A DNA stretch of 20,000 bases from IMG/VR virus record IMGVR_UViG_3300033143_002397; one strand, given 5' to 3'. The notes beneath the pieces are model-generated. The model made no database searches and was not told where the DNA came from. It worked only from the letters and a program-made list of their open reading frames with translations. The first letter of the stretch is position 1. Every line of letters begins with the position of its first letter. Shown in pieces: positions 11,096 through 18,361 of this stretch. Origin of the DNA: an uncultured virus (IMG/VR IMGVR_UViG_3300033143_002397) (lineage: Duplodnaviria; Heunggongvirae; Uroviricota; Caudoviricetes). The position numbers and the translations under genes are program-made.

Positions 11096-11869
11096 CTACT
11101 CGGGATCGCCGACCGCTTCACTGGCGATCAACTCGACCAGAGTCTCGACCGCCCGGTCCGCGTTGGCCTGGGAGACATACAGCTCACCGTGCCCGATGAC
11201 CTCGTAGTTGGCGGCCTTGAGCCGGAAGTACCATTGCTGGCCGTTACTGGCCTCCAGGACCTCGTAGCGCTCGGGGAGGCGGCCGTTGGTCCTCACAGAC
11301 TCGACGCCGTTCAGAGCCCCGCTACGGGCCACGTAACCCTCGCTCTGGAGCATGATCTCGCCGTTGGCGGCTCGCAGATGGAAGTAGAACTGATCGTCCT
11401 GGCCCTTGAACAGCTCGAAGTGTGCCCCACCGGTCTCCGCAGCCTCGACCTGAACGTTCTGGATGATGAGGCCCTGGACGGTCTCGCTACCCCGCTCAGC
11501 GTTGGACTTGCTCACGTAAGTCTCGCTGGTGCCGACGATCTCATGGTTCTGGGCTACCAGATTGAAGTACCACTCGACGTTGGCCGCTTCGAGCAAGTCA
11601 TAGTTGCCCAGGTCCACGCCGTTGGCCTTGACCGACTCGATGCCGTTCGCGGCTCCTGCGAGGCTGACGTACCCCTCGCTGTGCAGGACCTTCTGGCCGT
11701 TGGCTGCGAGCAGGTGAAAGTAGAACTGGCCATCAACGCCCTCGAAGGTCTCGAAGACCCCTGGACTCTCGGTGACATGCTGCTCATCGGTGACGATGTC
11801 ATCGCCAGAGCAACCGACGAGGGCGAACGAGAAGGCGAGAGCTAGCAGACAAAGCAGGCGTGACATCAT
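11096..11869 (-). CDS. Predicted lipoprotein with four DUF1508/YegP (UPF0339) repeats
   Basis: Start MMSRLL after AAGGAG; signal peptide ending in lipobox LVGC; four repeats of (F/W)YF.L.A.N.....SE.Y.S...A..G..SV. Confidence 0.85.
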   Translation of the reverse strand: MMSRLLCLLALAFSFALVGCSGDDIVTDEQHVTESPGVFETFEGVDGQFYFHLLAANGQKVLHSEGYVSLAGAANGIESVKANGVDLGNYDLLEAANVEWYFNLVAQNHEIVGTSETYVSKSNAERGSETVQGLIIQNVQVEAAETGGAHFELFKGQDDQFYFHLRAANGEIMLQSEGYVARSGALNGVESVRTNGRLPERYEVLEASNGQQWYFRLKAANYEVIGHGELYVSQANADRAVETLVELIASEAVGDPE

Positions 11870-11916
11870 GAGCTTCTCCTTGGAGGTTCCGGGGACGCGA
11901 GGGCACAAGAGCAACC

Positions 11917-12375
11917 TCAATCATCCTCCATGAGGCGTTCCCACTTGGAAAGCCTCGTGGGCTCGGGCTCGGGCTGCGCCGGACACCAAGTGTTCGTCGC
12001 GATCTTCTGCATTTCCCGCTTCGTCTGCGGTCCCAGGAAGTTGTCCACAGGCAAACCCAGGACCTTTTGAACCTGAGAAATCACGTCTCGTCGGTCGCCC
12101 TCCCGACACTTGTGGACCACGAGCTGCTGCTCGTACACCTCGATGAGCCAACACGCTTTCTGACGAAAGACACTAGGGACGAGCAGCTGGTCGCCTACAG
12201 CGGCAACTCGCTGGCTCGCTGGGACAAGAACGGTGAGCCCCTCGTCTTCGACCCAGGCAAAGACGAACTCCGGGTACAGCTCAGCCAACTCACCGACGAG
12301 AGCCTCAGGGTTAGCTCCGGTCAAGAGCTGCTGCACGAGCACCCCAGCTCGACGAGCCTTCTGAGCGATGGGCAT
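11917..12375 (-). CDS. Hypothetical protein with a peptidoglycan-binding-domain-like segment
   Basis: 152 aa. QVQKVLGLPVDNFLGPQT resembles the Q..LGL.vDG..Gp.T PG-binding signature (tentative). YGGTGTA box 10 nt upstream. Confidence 0.65.
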   Translation of the reverse strand: MPIAQKARRAGVLVQQLLTGANPEALVGELAELYPEFVFAWVEDEGLTVLVPASQRVAAVGDQLLVPSVFRQKACWLIEVYEQQLVVHKCREGDRRDVISQVQKVLGLPVDNFLGPQTKREMQKIATNTWCPAQPEPEPTRLSKWERLMEDD

Positions 12376-12424
12376 GGTTGATCAATACACCGACAGCTCG
12401 ACAGGCTCCTGATTTGTCCTCACT

Positions 12425-13021
12425 CTAGGCCGCCGTGATGAAGGGCGTCCACTCGTCGGGCACCTGCTCTGGATTGAGCCGTGGTCCGGCCAGGGGCAGC
12501 ACCTTCGGCCGCCTTGGAACGCTGAGCAACATCATCCCCGCCTGCTCCGGGGTCTTGTCAGCCTTCCGGCTGTTGCAAGCGGTGCAGGCCATGACGATGT
12601 TGGTCCAGGTCGTGGGCGTGGTGGACTTCTTCCACTGCGCCTTTGGGACAACGTGCTCATACTCCAGCTGGCTGAGGGGCAGCTTGACACCGCAGTATTG
12701 GCACGAGAAGTTGTCCCGCAGGGCGACGTTGATCTTGGAGAACTTGATCCCTGTCTTCACCCTGCTCACCTGCCGACGCAGAACTGCGACGGCCGGGACC
12801 TTGATGGTGATCGACTCAGCATCCGTCCCGATGACCTGACGCAACGCCCTCCGCAGCTCGGGGAACGTGATCAGGTGGTTGCGGCCGATGACTGTCAGGA
12901 TCTCGTCGTACTGGGCCAGGACCTCCAACTTGCCGTTGAACATCCTCGTCACAGCATCCTTCCAGTCAGTGACCTCGTGGGGTCTGTAGGCTTGGTTCAA
13001 GATCAAGGTCTGTGTCCACAT
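12425..13021 (-). CDS. HNH endonuclease (McrA-like, with LN..Y.P...W..A N-terminal domain)
   Basis: RDNFSCQYCG...EHVVPK...WTNIVMACTACNSRKADKTPEQAGM. Confidence 0.92.
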   Translation of the reverse strand: MWTQTLILNQAYRPHEVTDWKDAVTRMFNGKLEVLAQYDEILTVIGRNHLITFPELRRALRQVIGTDAESITIKVPAVAVLRRQVSRVKTGIKFSKINVALRDNFSCQYCGVKLPLSQLEYEHVVPKAQWKKSTTPTTWTNIVMACTACNSRKADKTPEQAGMMLLSVPRRPKVLPLAGPRLNPEQVPDEWTPFITAA

Positions 13022-13025
13022 GGCT

Positions 13026-13052
13026 TTACCTCAAGCGTTTCTTCTTCTTCAT
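13026..13052 (-). CDS. Putative Lys-rich leader peptide MKKKKRLR
   Basis: GAGGAacc-ATG AAG AAG AAG AAA CGC TTG AGG TAA, ending 4 nt before the HNH ATG. Confidence 0.5.
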   Translation of the reverse strand: MKKKKRLR

Positions 13053-13091
13053 GGTTCCTCTGACGCAGGGACCTCCCGCATCTGACAGGTA

Positions 13092-13133
13092 CAAAAGCAA
13101 GGCCCCCGGCCAGTTAGGTGACCAGGGGCCTTG
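13092..13133 (-). terminator. Intrinsic terminator downstream of tmRNA
   Basis: Minus-strand hairpin CAAGGCCCCUGGUCA/UGGCCGGGGGCCUUG followed by CUUUUG. Confidence 0.8.
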
Positions 13134-13137
13134 ATAG

Positions 13138-13484
13138 TGGAGACGCCGGGAATCGAACCCGGGTCCACGACGATTCCAGTCGTTCCTCGCTCACGTGCGT
13201 AGCCGCTCTACCCTCACGGCGGGGTCCCCAGTCTTCCCTGGGTGCCAGCTCCTGTAAATCTCGACTTTCCCTACTGAAGCGCTCGGGTCAGTCCAGCCCT
13301 AGTGGGTTGATGCCGGTGAGAGGACTACCAGGACGATCTCGTCCAACCGACAGCTCAGGCAGCGATGCCCAAAGCGGATGCGTTGTCGTTCGCAAATACG
13401 TGTTGCCCTGTTGATCGAGGCGGACTGGGCGCCGCCTGCACGTTCAGAATCACCTTCCTTGCCATGTCGAAGCCAATCGTCCCC
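13138..13484 (-). ncRNA. ssrA: tmRNA (one-piece); tag (A)ANDNASALGIAA at 13393-13355
   Basis: 5' GGGGACGAUUGGCUUCGAC pairs with 3' GGACCCGGGUUCGAUUCCCGGCGUCUCCA, including the G3.U70 Ala determinant. Internal reading frame GCG AAC GAC AAC ... GCU GCC UGA. CCA is not encoded (CUA follows). Confidence 0.96.
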
Positions 13485-13550
13485 AGAATGGGCCAGCACT
13501 GAGAAGACCCCGAAGGGACGGCTGACCCACTTGGACTATACACCAATCGG

Positions 13551-13632
13551 TACCCAGGGAGGGACTTGAACCCTCACACCACTAGGGCACGGGAGTTTGA
13601 ACCCCGCGTGTCTGCCATTCCACCACCTGGGC
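13551..13632 (-). tRNA. tRNA-Leu(CAA)
   Basis: GCCCAGG/CCUGGGU acceptor, loop UU-CAA-AC, long variable arm, UUCAAGU T-loop; no encoded CCA. Confidence 0.93.
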
Positions 13633-13633
13633 A

Positions 13634-13730
13634 AAAAGAAGGCCCGAGTGCCGTTGCTCCCTTCCGGGCCTGGCGGCATCGAGCCTAGGGCCGCCGAAGC
13701 GGCTCCACCACTGGGGGTCTAAGCCCCAGA
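13634..13730 (-). ncRNA. ffs: SRP RNA-like (4.5S) gene; domain IV hairpin at 13640-13686 plus two 5' hairpins
   Basis: UGCCG-CCAGG-CCC-GGAA-GGG-AGCAA-CGGCA gives a GGAA tetraloop and CAGG/AGCA symmetric loop, closed by AGGCUCGA/UCGGGCCU and followed by a U-tract. Transcript ends are approximate. Confidence 0.85.
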
Positions 13731-13748
13731 TCACGTACTATACACCGG

Positions 13749-13822
13749 TGGAACCCCAGGGGTTCGAACCCTGAACAACCCGGTTATGAGCCGGGGGCTC
13801 TGACCACTTGAGCTAGAGTTCC
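13749..13822 (-). tRNA. tRNA with CAU anticodon, probably Ile2 (lysidine type); Met not excluded
   Basis: GGAACUC/GGGUUCC acceptor; CCCGG-CU-CAU-AA-CCGGG anticodon arm; no encoded CCA. Confidence 0.85.
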
Positions 13823-13823
13823 G

Positions 13824-13910
13824 TGGTAGCCCCTCCCGGCCTCGAACCGAGATGTCTCGAAGGACCGCGGGTTTTAAGCCCACTGCGTCTACCAATTCCG
13901 CCAAGGGGCC
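13824..13910 (-). tRNA. tRNA-Leu(TAA)
   Basis: GUGGG-CU-UAA-AA-CCCGC, long variable arm, CCA encoded. Confidence 0.93.
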
Positions 13911-13911
13911 G

Positions 13912-13951
13912 TGTTGTGAAACAAGGTTGTTGTGAAACAAGGTTGTTTCAC
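13912..13951. repeat. 16-bp tandem repeat (TGTTGTGAAACAAGGT x2) overlapping a 9-bp inverted repeat (GTGAAACAA-gg-TTGTTTCAC)
   Basis: Read directly: copies at 13912-13927 and 13928-13943; palindrome at 13932-13951. Confidence 0.85.
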
Positions 13952-13952
13952 G

Positions 13953-14027
13953 TGGTGGGAGGAACAGGGATCGAACCTGCGACCATCGGCTTGTAAGGCC
14001 GGCGCTCTACCACTGAGCTACCCTCCC
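13953..14027 (-). tRNA. tRNA-Val(TAC)
   Basis: Loop CU-UAC-AA; GGGAGGG/UCCUCCC acceptor; CCA encoded. Confidence 0.93.
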
Positions 14028-14032
14028 GAAGT

Positions 14033-14329
14033 CTACCAGCGACGCTCTTGCTGGACTAGCCGCCCGAAGAGCTTCCGCAGAGGCTTGATCCCCATGACGA
14101 CGAAGCCTTCTTGGAGGCCGGCGAACTCGCCTCCAGCTCGGGAGATGTAGGTCACCCGAGCCATGAGCCAACGCCGCGTGTAACGGCCTCGCTGGGGGTC
14201 GTATTCCTGGAGCTTGAGCCGGTCACCCACCTCAAAGCCCCGGTCGTCCTTCCGAAGCTCGTAACGCTTGAGGCCGGCTGCGATAGCATTGAAGCCGCTG
14301 GGCCAGGTCTTCAGCTCGTGCTCCTTCAT
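14033..14329 (-). CDS. ASCH/PUA-like protein (DUF3850-like)
   Basis: HELKTWP..F..I..G.K.YELRKDDRGFEVGD.L.L.E pattern. Confidence 0.85.
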   Translation of the reverse strand: MKEHELKTWPSGFNAIAAGLKRYELRKDDRGFEVGDRLKLQEYDPQRGRYTRRWLMARVTYISRAGGEFAGLQEGFVVMGIKPLRKLFGRLVQQERRW

Positions 14330-14634
14330 CTGTACTTCCCTCGCTTCTGCTGGTCCTTGGGACGCTCAATGTTGAGCCTCTTGCTAGGGTCCTGCTTGGC
14401 GATCCAGCGGATCATCTGCCGGAAGCGGTCATCAGCCATGAGGGCCTTGACCGTGCTGTACGTCGTCGCCAGCTCCTTGTTGGAGAAGAAGGCGTGGATA
14501 GCCCGATGACACGAGAGGCAGGAGTCCACCATGACCTCTCCCCCTTTGCCGCCACGACTCCGAGGCACCAGGTGGTGCCGCTTGAGGTGGACTGCGGGTC
14601 TCTTGCAGAAGGGACATGTCGGAAGCTCGACCAT
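14326..14634 (-). CDS. Small HNH endonuclease (YisB-like)
   Basis: CPFCKR...HHLVPRSRGG...CLSCHRAIHAFFSNKELA...WI; YGGTGTA box 10 nt upstream. Confidence 0.85.
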   Translation of the reverse strand: MVELPTCPFCKRPAVHLKRHHLVPRSRGGKGGEVMVDSCLSCHRAIHAFFSNKELATTYSTVKALMADDRFRQMIRWIAKQDPSKRLNIERPKDQQKRGKYR

Positions 14635-14660
14635 AGAAGTCTACTACACCACGAAGAAGT

Positions 14661-14999
14661 CAACGGGTTGTAAGCCGGGTCCTGTCAAGGATGATCATTC
14701 ATCTAGGAGTCGCGTTGCCACGACCCTCAAGCAGCCTACCCGGAAGCGTTGGGCGAGCGACCCCCTTCCTGTCTGGCCTTGCTTCAGATGGGTGCGCCGT
14801 GCCATCCCTGTTGCCAGGAACGCGGTGGGCTCTTACCCCACCCTTTCACCCTTACCCTGTGGCCGAAGCGACAGGGCGGTTTGCTTTCTGCTGCGTTTTC
14901 CTCGGGGTCACCCCCGACCGGGCGTTACCCGGCATCCTGCTCTGTGAAGCCCGGACTTTCCTCCCGCAGCCGAAGCTGCCGGCGATCATCTGCTCCCGT
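14661..14999 (-). ncRNA. rnpB: RNase P RNA, bacterial type A
   Basis: GAGGAAAGUCCGGGC (P4 5'), GGUAACGCC, AGAAAGCAAACCGCC, GGGUGAAAGGGUGGGGUAAGAGCCCACC, AGCAAGGCCA, GGGUAGGCUGCUUGAG (L15 GGU), UAGAUGAAUGAUC, and ACAGGACCCGGCUUA (P4 3'); P1 is CAACGGG/CCCGUUG. Confidence 0.96.
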
Positions 15000-15085
<86 letters not shown>

Positions 15086-15086
15086 G

Positions 15087-15518
15087 TCATCGACACAACC
15101 GCTTAGACATCTTGATGGCCGCCTTGCTCACCTCATCGTCCTTCCAGGAGATGGTGTTGCCATCCTTGTCCTTCACGGGGTTCTGAATCTGGTTGTGATA
15201 GTCCCAGCCCATCCAGAAGCACCAGAGCCAAAAGACACCCACGTCGAGGTGCTTTTGCACCAGCAAAGGCCAGCCCTTGGAGCGCTCCTTGCCCTGGCCG
15301 TAGACCTCCGTCTTACCGTTGTAGGTGAAGCTCGACTTGCCGTAGCCCATCTGAAGAAGCACGGCACCGGTGGCGCCACACCCCCTGGGCAAGCTCTTGT
15401 CTTCGCCCAAGCCTGACCAGTCGAACAAGCAGCCCCCGCGAACGATCTGGATGCCTTGAGCCCGAGCTTGCTCGATGGCGTGCTCGATGGCCTTGAAGGC
15501 GTGCTGCTTTTTGACCAT
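15087..15518 (-). CDS. Hypothetical protein
   Basis: 143-aa ORF filling the gap between two tRNAs; YGGTGTA box 12 nt upstream. Confidence 0.75.
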   Translation of the reverse strand: MVKKQHAFKAIEHAIEQARAQGIQIVRGGCLFDWSGLGEDKSLPRGCGATGAVLLQMGYGKSSFTYNGKTEVYGQGKERSKGWPLLVQKHLDVGVFWLWCFWMGWDYHNQIQNPVKDKDGNTISWKDDEVSKAAIKMSKRLCR

Positions 15519-15539
15519 GCACCTTGTTGGTACACCGGT

Positions 15540-15614
15540 TGGCTGGGGCGGCAGGGTTCGAACCTGCGACGACCGGGTTCAAAGCCCGGCATTCTGCCAC
15601 TGAATTACACCCCA
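15540..15614 (-). tRNA. tRNA-Gln(TTG)
   Basis: U1-A72, G73; CCGGG-CU-UUG-AA-CCCGG; CCA encoded. Confidence 0.93.
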
Positions 15615-15620
15615 AAATAG

Positions 15621-15692
15621 TCACTGGAGCCGGGATCGAACCGGCGACGCCCGCCGTATGAGAGCGGCGCTCTGCCTCTGAGCTACCCAGCG
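15621..15692 (-). tRNA. tRNA-Met(CAT), probably elongator
   Basis: Loop CU-CAU-AC; 1-72 is paired and the anticodon stem lacks the GGG/CCC run, so it is not an initiator; no encoded CCA. Confidence 0.85.
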
Positions 15693-15734
15693 TTCTGCGG
15701 AATGCTCTTTTAGTCCGCCTAGTTCGAGAACCAC

Positions 15735-16685
15735 GTGAAGACTCCCATCGCGAAAATTGAAGTAGGCTCTTCGACAGCCCTGAGCATCCTGTTGGTCGAG
15801 GACAACCCGACCGACCGAGAGCTGCTGCGCTACCTCCTTGAGGCTCGCCTTCACCCCTCGTCCCAGTTCTTTGAGGCGTCCAACCTCCAGGCGGCATTCC
15901 TTCACCTGGAACAGAACAACATCGACTGCGTGTTGCTCGACCTACGCTTGCCTGACTCAGCCGGCAAGGAAACGTTCGAGAAGCTCGCCGAGCTGTACCC
16001 CACGATCCCCATCATCGTCGTGACCCACACGAAGGATCGCGAGCTGGCCATCGAGATGATCAAGGCTGGCGCCGCTGACTACCTACTGAAGAGCTACACG
16101 GACGAGGACGCCATCTTCCAACGGATCATGCTCGCTGTCACCCGACACAAGCAGAACGTCCGGGTGTCACCCGATCAGGCTGGCATCTTCCAACGGCTCG
16201 ACAAGGCCCAGGCCAGCATCACAACCGCTCGACGACGACAGAGCCAAACAGAGCTTCAGGCCGCATCAGCAGACACAAACCACGCTATGGCCGACGTGTC
16301 CCGCCAGCTCTTCACCGATGTTCAGAGCCTCAAGCAGGTACTAGGTGAGCAGGCTGTCCGGCAAGAGCACATGCTGGACAGCGTGAAGATCTTGAACACG
16401 GAACTGCTTCACGGCCGCTCTGGGCGCCCATCCATGAAATCGCAGATGAACCTACTCGACCACCGCATGACAGCCGTAGAGGTCGGCGTGGGTAAGATGA
16501 AGCAGGATGCTGACGAGGCCGGGGACACCCAGCGAAGGGAAGCCCTCCAGCTCACAACAGCGAGGTGGAGCAACCGCACAAAGATCCTCGTCGCTGTCTT
16601 GGCTCTCGTGGGGGTCATCTCCACCGCAGCCGCCACCTACTTCGCGACCACCCACAAGCCCCCGGCAGCAGGAGCCCCGAAGTGA
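15735..16685 (+). CDS. Response regulator: receiver domain, helical/coiled-coil region, C-terminal transmembrane helix
   Basis: ILLVEDN, VLLDLRLPD (phospho-Asp), IIVVT, GAADYLLK; C-terminal ILVAVLALVGVISTAAATYFA. Confidence 0.88.
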   Translation: MKTPIAKIEVGSSTALSILLVEDNPTDRELLRYLLEARLHPSSQFFEASNLQAAFLHLEQNNIDCVLLDLRLPDSAGKETFEKLAELYPTIPIIVVTHTKDRELAIEMIKAGAADYLLKSYTDEDAIFQRIMLAVTRHKQNVRVSPDQAGIFQRLDKAQASITTARRRQSQTELQAASADTNHAMADVSRQLFTDVQSLKQVLGEQAVRQEHMLDSVKILNTELLHGRSGRPSMKSQMNLLDHRMTAVEVGVGKMKQDADEAGDTQRREALQLTTARWSNRTKILVAVLALVGVISTAAATYFATTHKPPAAGAPK

Positions 16686-17758
16686 CAAGCTCTGAGCACG
16701 AACGAGCCAGAGGCGAAGCCATCCTGGCCGCCATCCCCGACATCATCTTCGAGGTCGACAGCGAAGGGCGCTTCCTGTTCGTACACGCCCGACCGGGCCA
16801 GACCTTCGTCGAGAACGGCAAGATCATCGGCAAGCTCGTGACCGAGCTACTGCCCGAAACGGTTGCCTCTCAATGCGTGGACTGCATCACTGAGGTCCTC
16901 CGAACCCAAGAGGTCCAGACCCTCGACTACACGCTCCCCTACCCCAAAGGCGAGAGGTACTTTCGAGCACATCTGGGACCATCAGCCAAGGGCACTGTCG
17001 TGGCTGTCGTACGCAACGTCACGTCGGACAAGTGCCACCGGAGCAGGCTTGAACATCAGACCGAGCAGCTCCTAGAGGCCAACGAGAGCCTGGAGCAGTT
17101 CGTCCACGTAGCCTCACATGACCTACGTGAACCTCTCACCGGCATCGCTGGGTTCGCCACCCTTCTCCGCAAGCGCTACGGCGACGAGCTAGACGACAGC
17201 GGCCAGCACTTCCTGAACGAGATCATCGCTGGGACCAAGAGGATGGAGCAGAAGATCGAAGACCTCCTGGCCCTATCCCGAGCTGGGCGTGGGACACCCA
17301 ACGGTCCCTTTTCTCTGGGCTCAGCTATCGAGGAAGCTCGTCGTAGCCTCGTCAGGGCCTTCAAAGAATCGGGGGCAGTCCTCCAAACAAGCGAGCTACC
17401 CACGGTCCGAGGGGACCGCAGCATGATCGCCCAGGTCTTCCAGAACCTCTTCAGCAACAGCATCAAGTATCACCCGGAAGGAGTGAAGCCAGTCATCGAG
17501 ATCGAGGTCCTACCCGACTCAGACCCCAAGATGGTCCACGTCGCGGTCACCGACAACGGTATTGGATTCTGCATGGACCACGCTGACCGGATCTTCGGGA
17601 TCTTCCAGCGGCTCTACACGATAGAGCAGTACCCAGGGACGGGCATCGGACTCGCCATCGCCAAGAAGATCGTCGAGAAGCAAGGAGGTCGTATCTGGGC
17701 CTCTTCGGAGCCCTCGAAAGGGTCCACGTTTCACTTCACCTTGCAGAAGGCCACGTAA
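16682..17758 (+). CDS. Cytoplasmic PAS-domain sensor histidine kinase (Cph1/bacteriophytochrome-type kinase core)
   Basis: GTG start overlapping the upstream stop (GTGA). PAS (ILAAIPDIIFEVDSEGRF), H-box ASHDLREPL, N-box FQNLFSNSIKY, G1 DNGIG, F-box IFGIFQRL, G2 GTGIGLA. Confidence 0.93.
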   Translation: MTSSEHERARGEAILAAIPDIIFEVDSEGRFLFVHARPGQTFVENGKIIGKLVTELLPETVASQCVDCITEVLRTQEVQTLDYTLPYPKGERYFRAHLGPSAKGTVVAVVRNVTSDKCHRSRLEHQTEQLLEANESLEQFVHVASHDLREPLTGIAGFATLLRKRYGDELDDSGQHFLNEIIAGTKRMEQKIEDLLALSRAGRGTPNGPFSLGSAIEEARRSLVRAFKESGAVLQTSELPTVRGDRSMIAQVFQNLFSNSIKYHPEGVKPVIEIEVLPDSDPKMVHVAVTDNGIGFCMDHADRIFGIFQRLYTIEQYPGTGIGLAIAKKIVEKQGGRIWASSEPSKGSTFHFTLQKAT

Positions 17759-18282
17759 TGCCTAACGAAAAAGTCAGCGTCCTCTTGGTCGAGGACAGCC
17801 GCACCGACGCAGAACTCATCGCCGAGGCGCTCAAAGACTCAAAGCTGCCTCATCGACTAGACCTGGCCACCGACGGAATCGCGGCCCTGAAGTACCTCGC
17901 GGACAACGACCGGCCACACCTCATCCTGCTCGACCTCAACCTCCCCAAAAAGTCGGGGTTGGAGGTCCTTCGAGAGATCAAGCAAGACACCGACCTCTGC
18001 ATCATTCCCGTCGTCATCCTGACCAACTCCGAGTCCAAGAAGGATGTGACCCAGTGCTACGAGAGCTTCTGCACGACCTACATCCGCAAGCCGTTGCACT
18101 TCGAGGACTGGGTAGCCACCCTCAACTGCCTGTCGCACTTCCTGTTTCGAGTAGCGACACTCCCCCATGAATCCCCGCTGCTCAAGCGACGAGGTTGCCT
18201 CGTGAGTGCCTGGGTCGAGCCCAGGTCGTCAAGGCGGCCCCCTCCCAAAAAGAAGCGGGCCAAGAAGCGGGCCAAGAAGTAG
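17758..18282 (+). CDS. Single-domain response regulator (Rcp1-like) with basic C-terminal tail
   Basis: VLLVEDS, LILLDLNLPKKSGLEVL, IPVVILT, YIRKP; TAATG coupling to the kinase. Confidence 0.92.
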   Translation: MPNEKVSVLLVEDSRTDAELIAEALKDSKLPHRLDLATDGIAALKYLADNDRPHLILLDLNLPKKSGLEVLREIKQDTDLCIIPVVILTNSESKKDVTQCYESFCTTYIRKPLHFEDWVATLNCLSHFLFRVATLPHESPLLKRRGCLVSAWVEPRSSRRPPPKKKRAKKRAKK

Positions 18283-18356
18283 CCTCCCCGAGAAGATTCG
18301 AACTTCTGACCTCTTGCTTCGGAGGCAAGCGCTCTATCCAGCTGAGCTACGGGGAG
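18283..18356 (-). tRNA. tRNA-Arg(CCG)
   Basis: CUUGC-CU-CCG-AA-GCAAG; D-loop GGAUA (A20); no encoded CCA. Confidence 0.93.
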
Positions 18357-18361
18357 ATCGT

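Noticed and set aside
12425..12445. HNH protein ends in ...FITAA, like an ssrA/ClpXP degron, next to the tmRNA gene
   Set aside because: Two terminal alanines are too little evidence without conservation data.
13687..13710. Plus-strand GGGCCGC-CGAA-GCGGCTCCACCA resembling an Ala microhelix ending in ACCA
   Set aside because: It is the reverse complement of a C(UUCG)G hairpin in the minus-strand SRP-like transcript; there is no sign of plus-strand expression.
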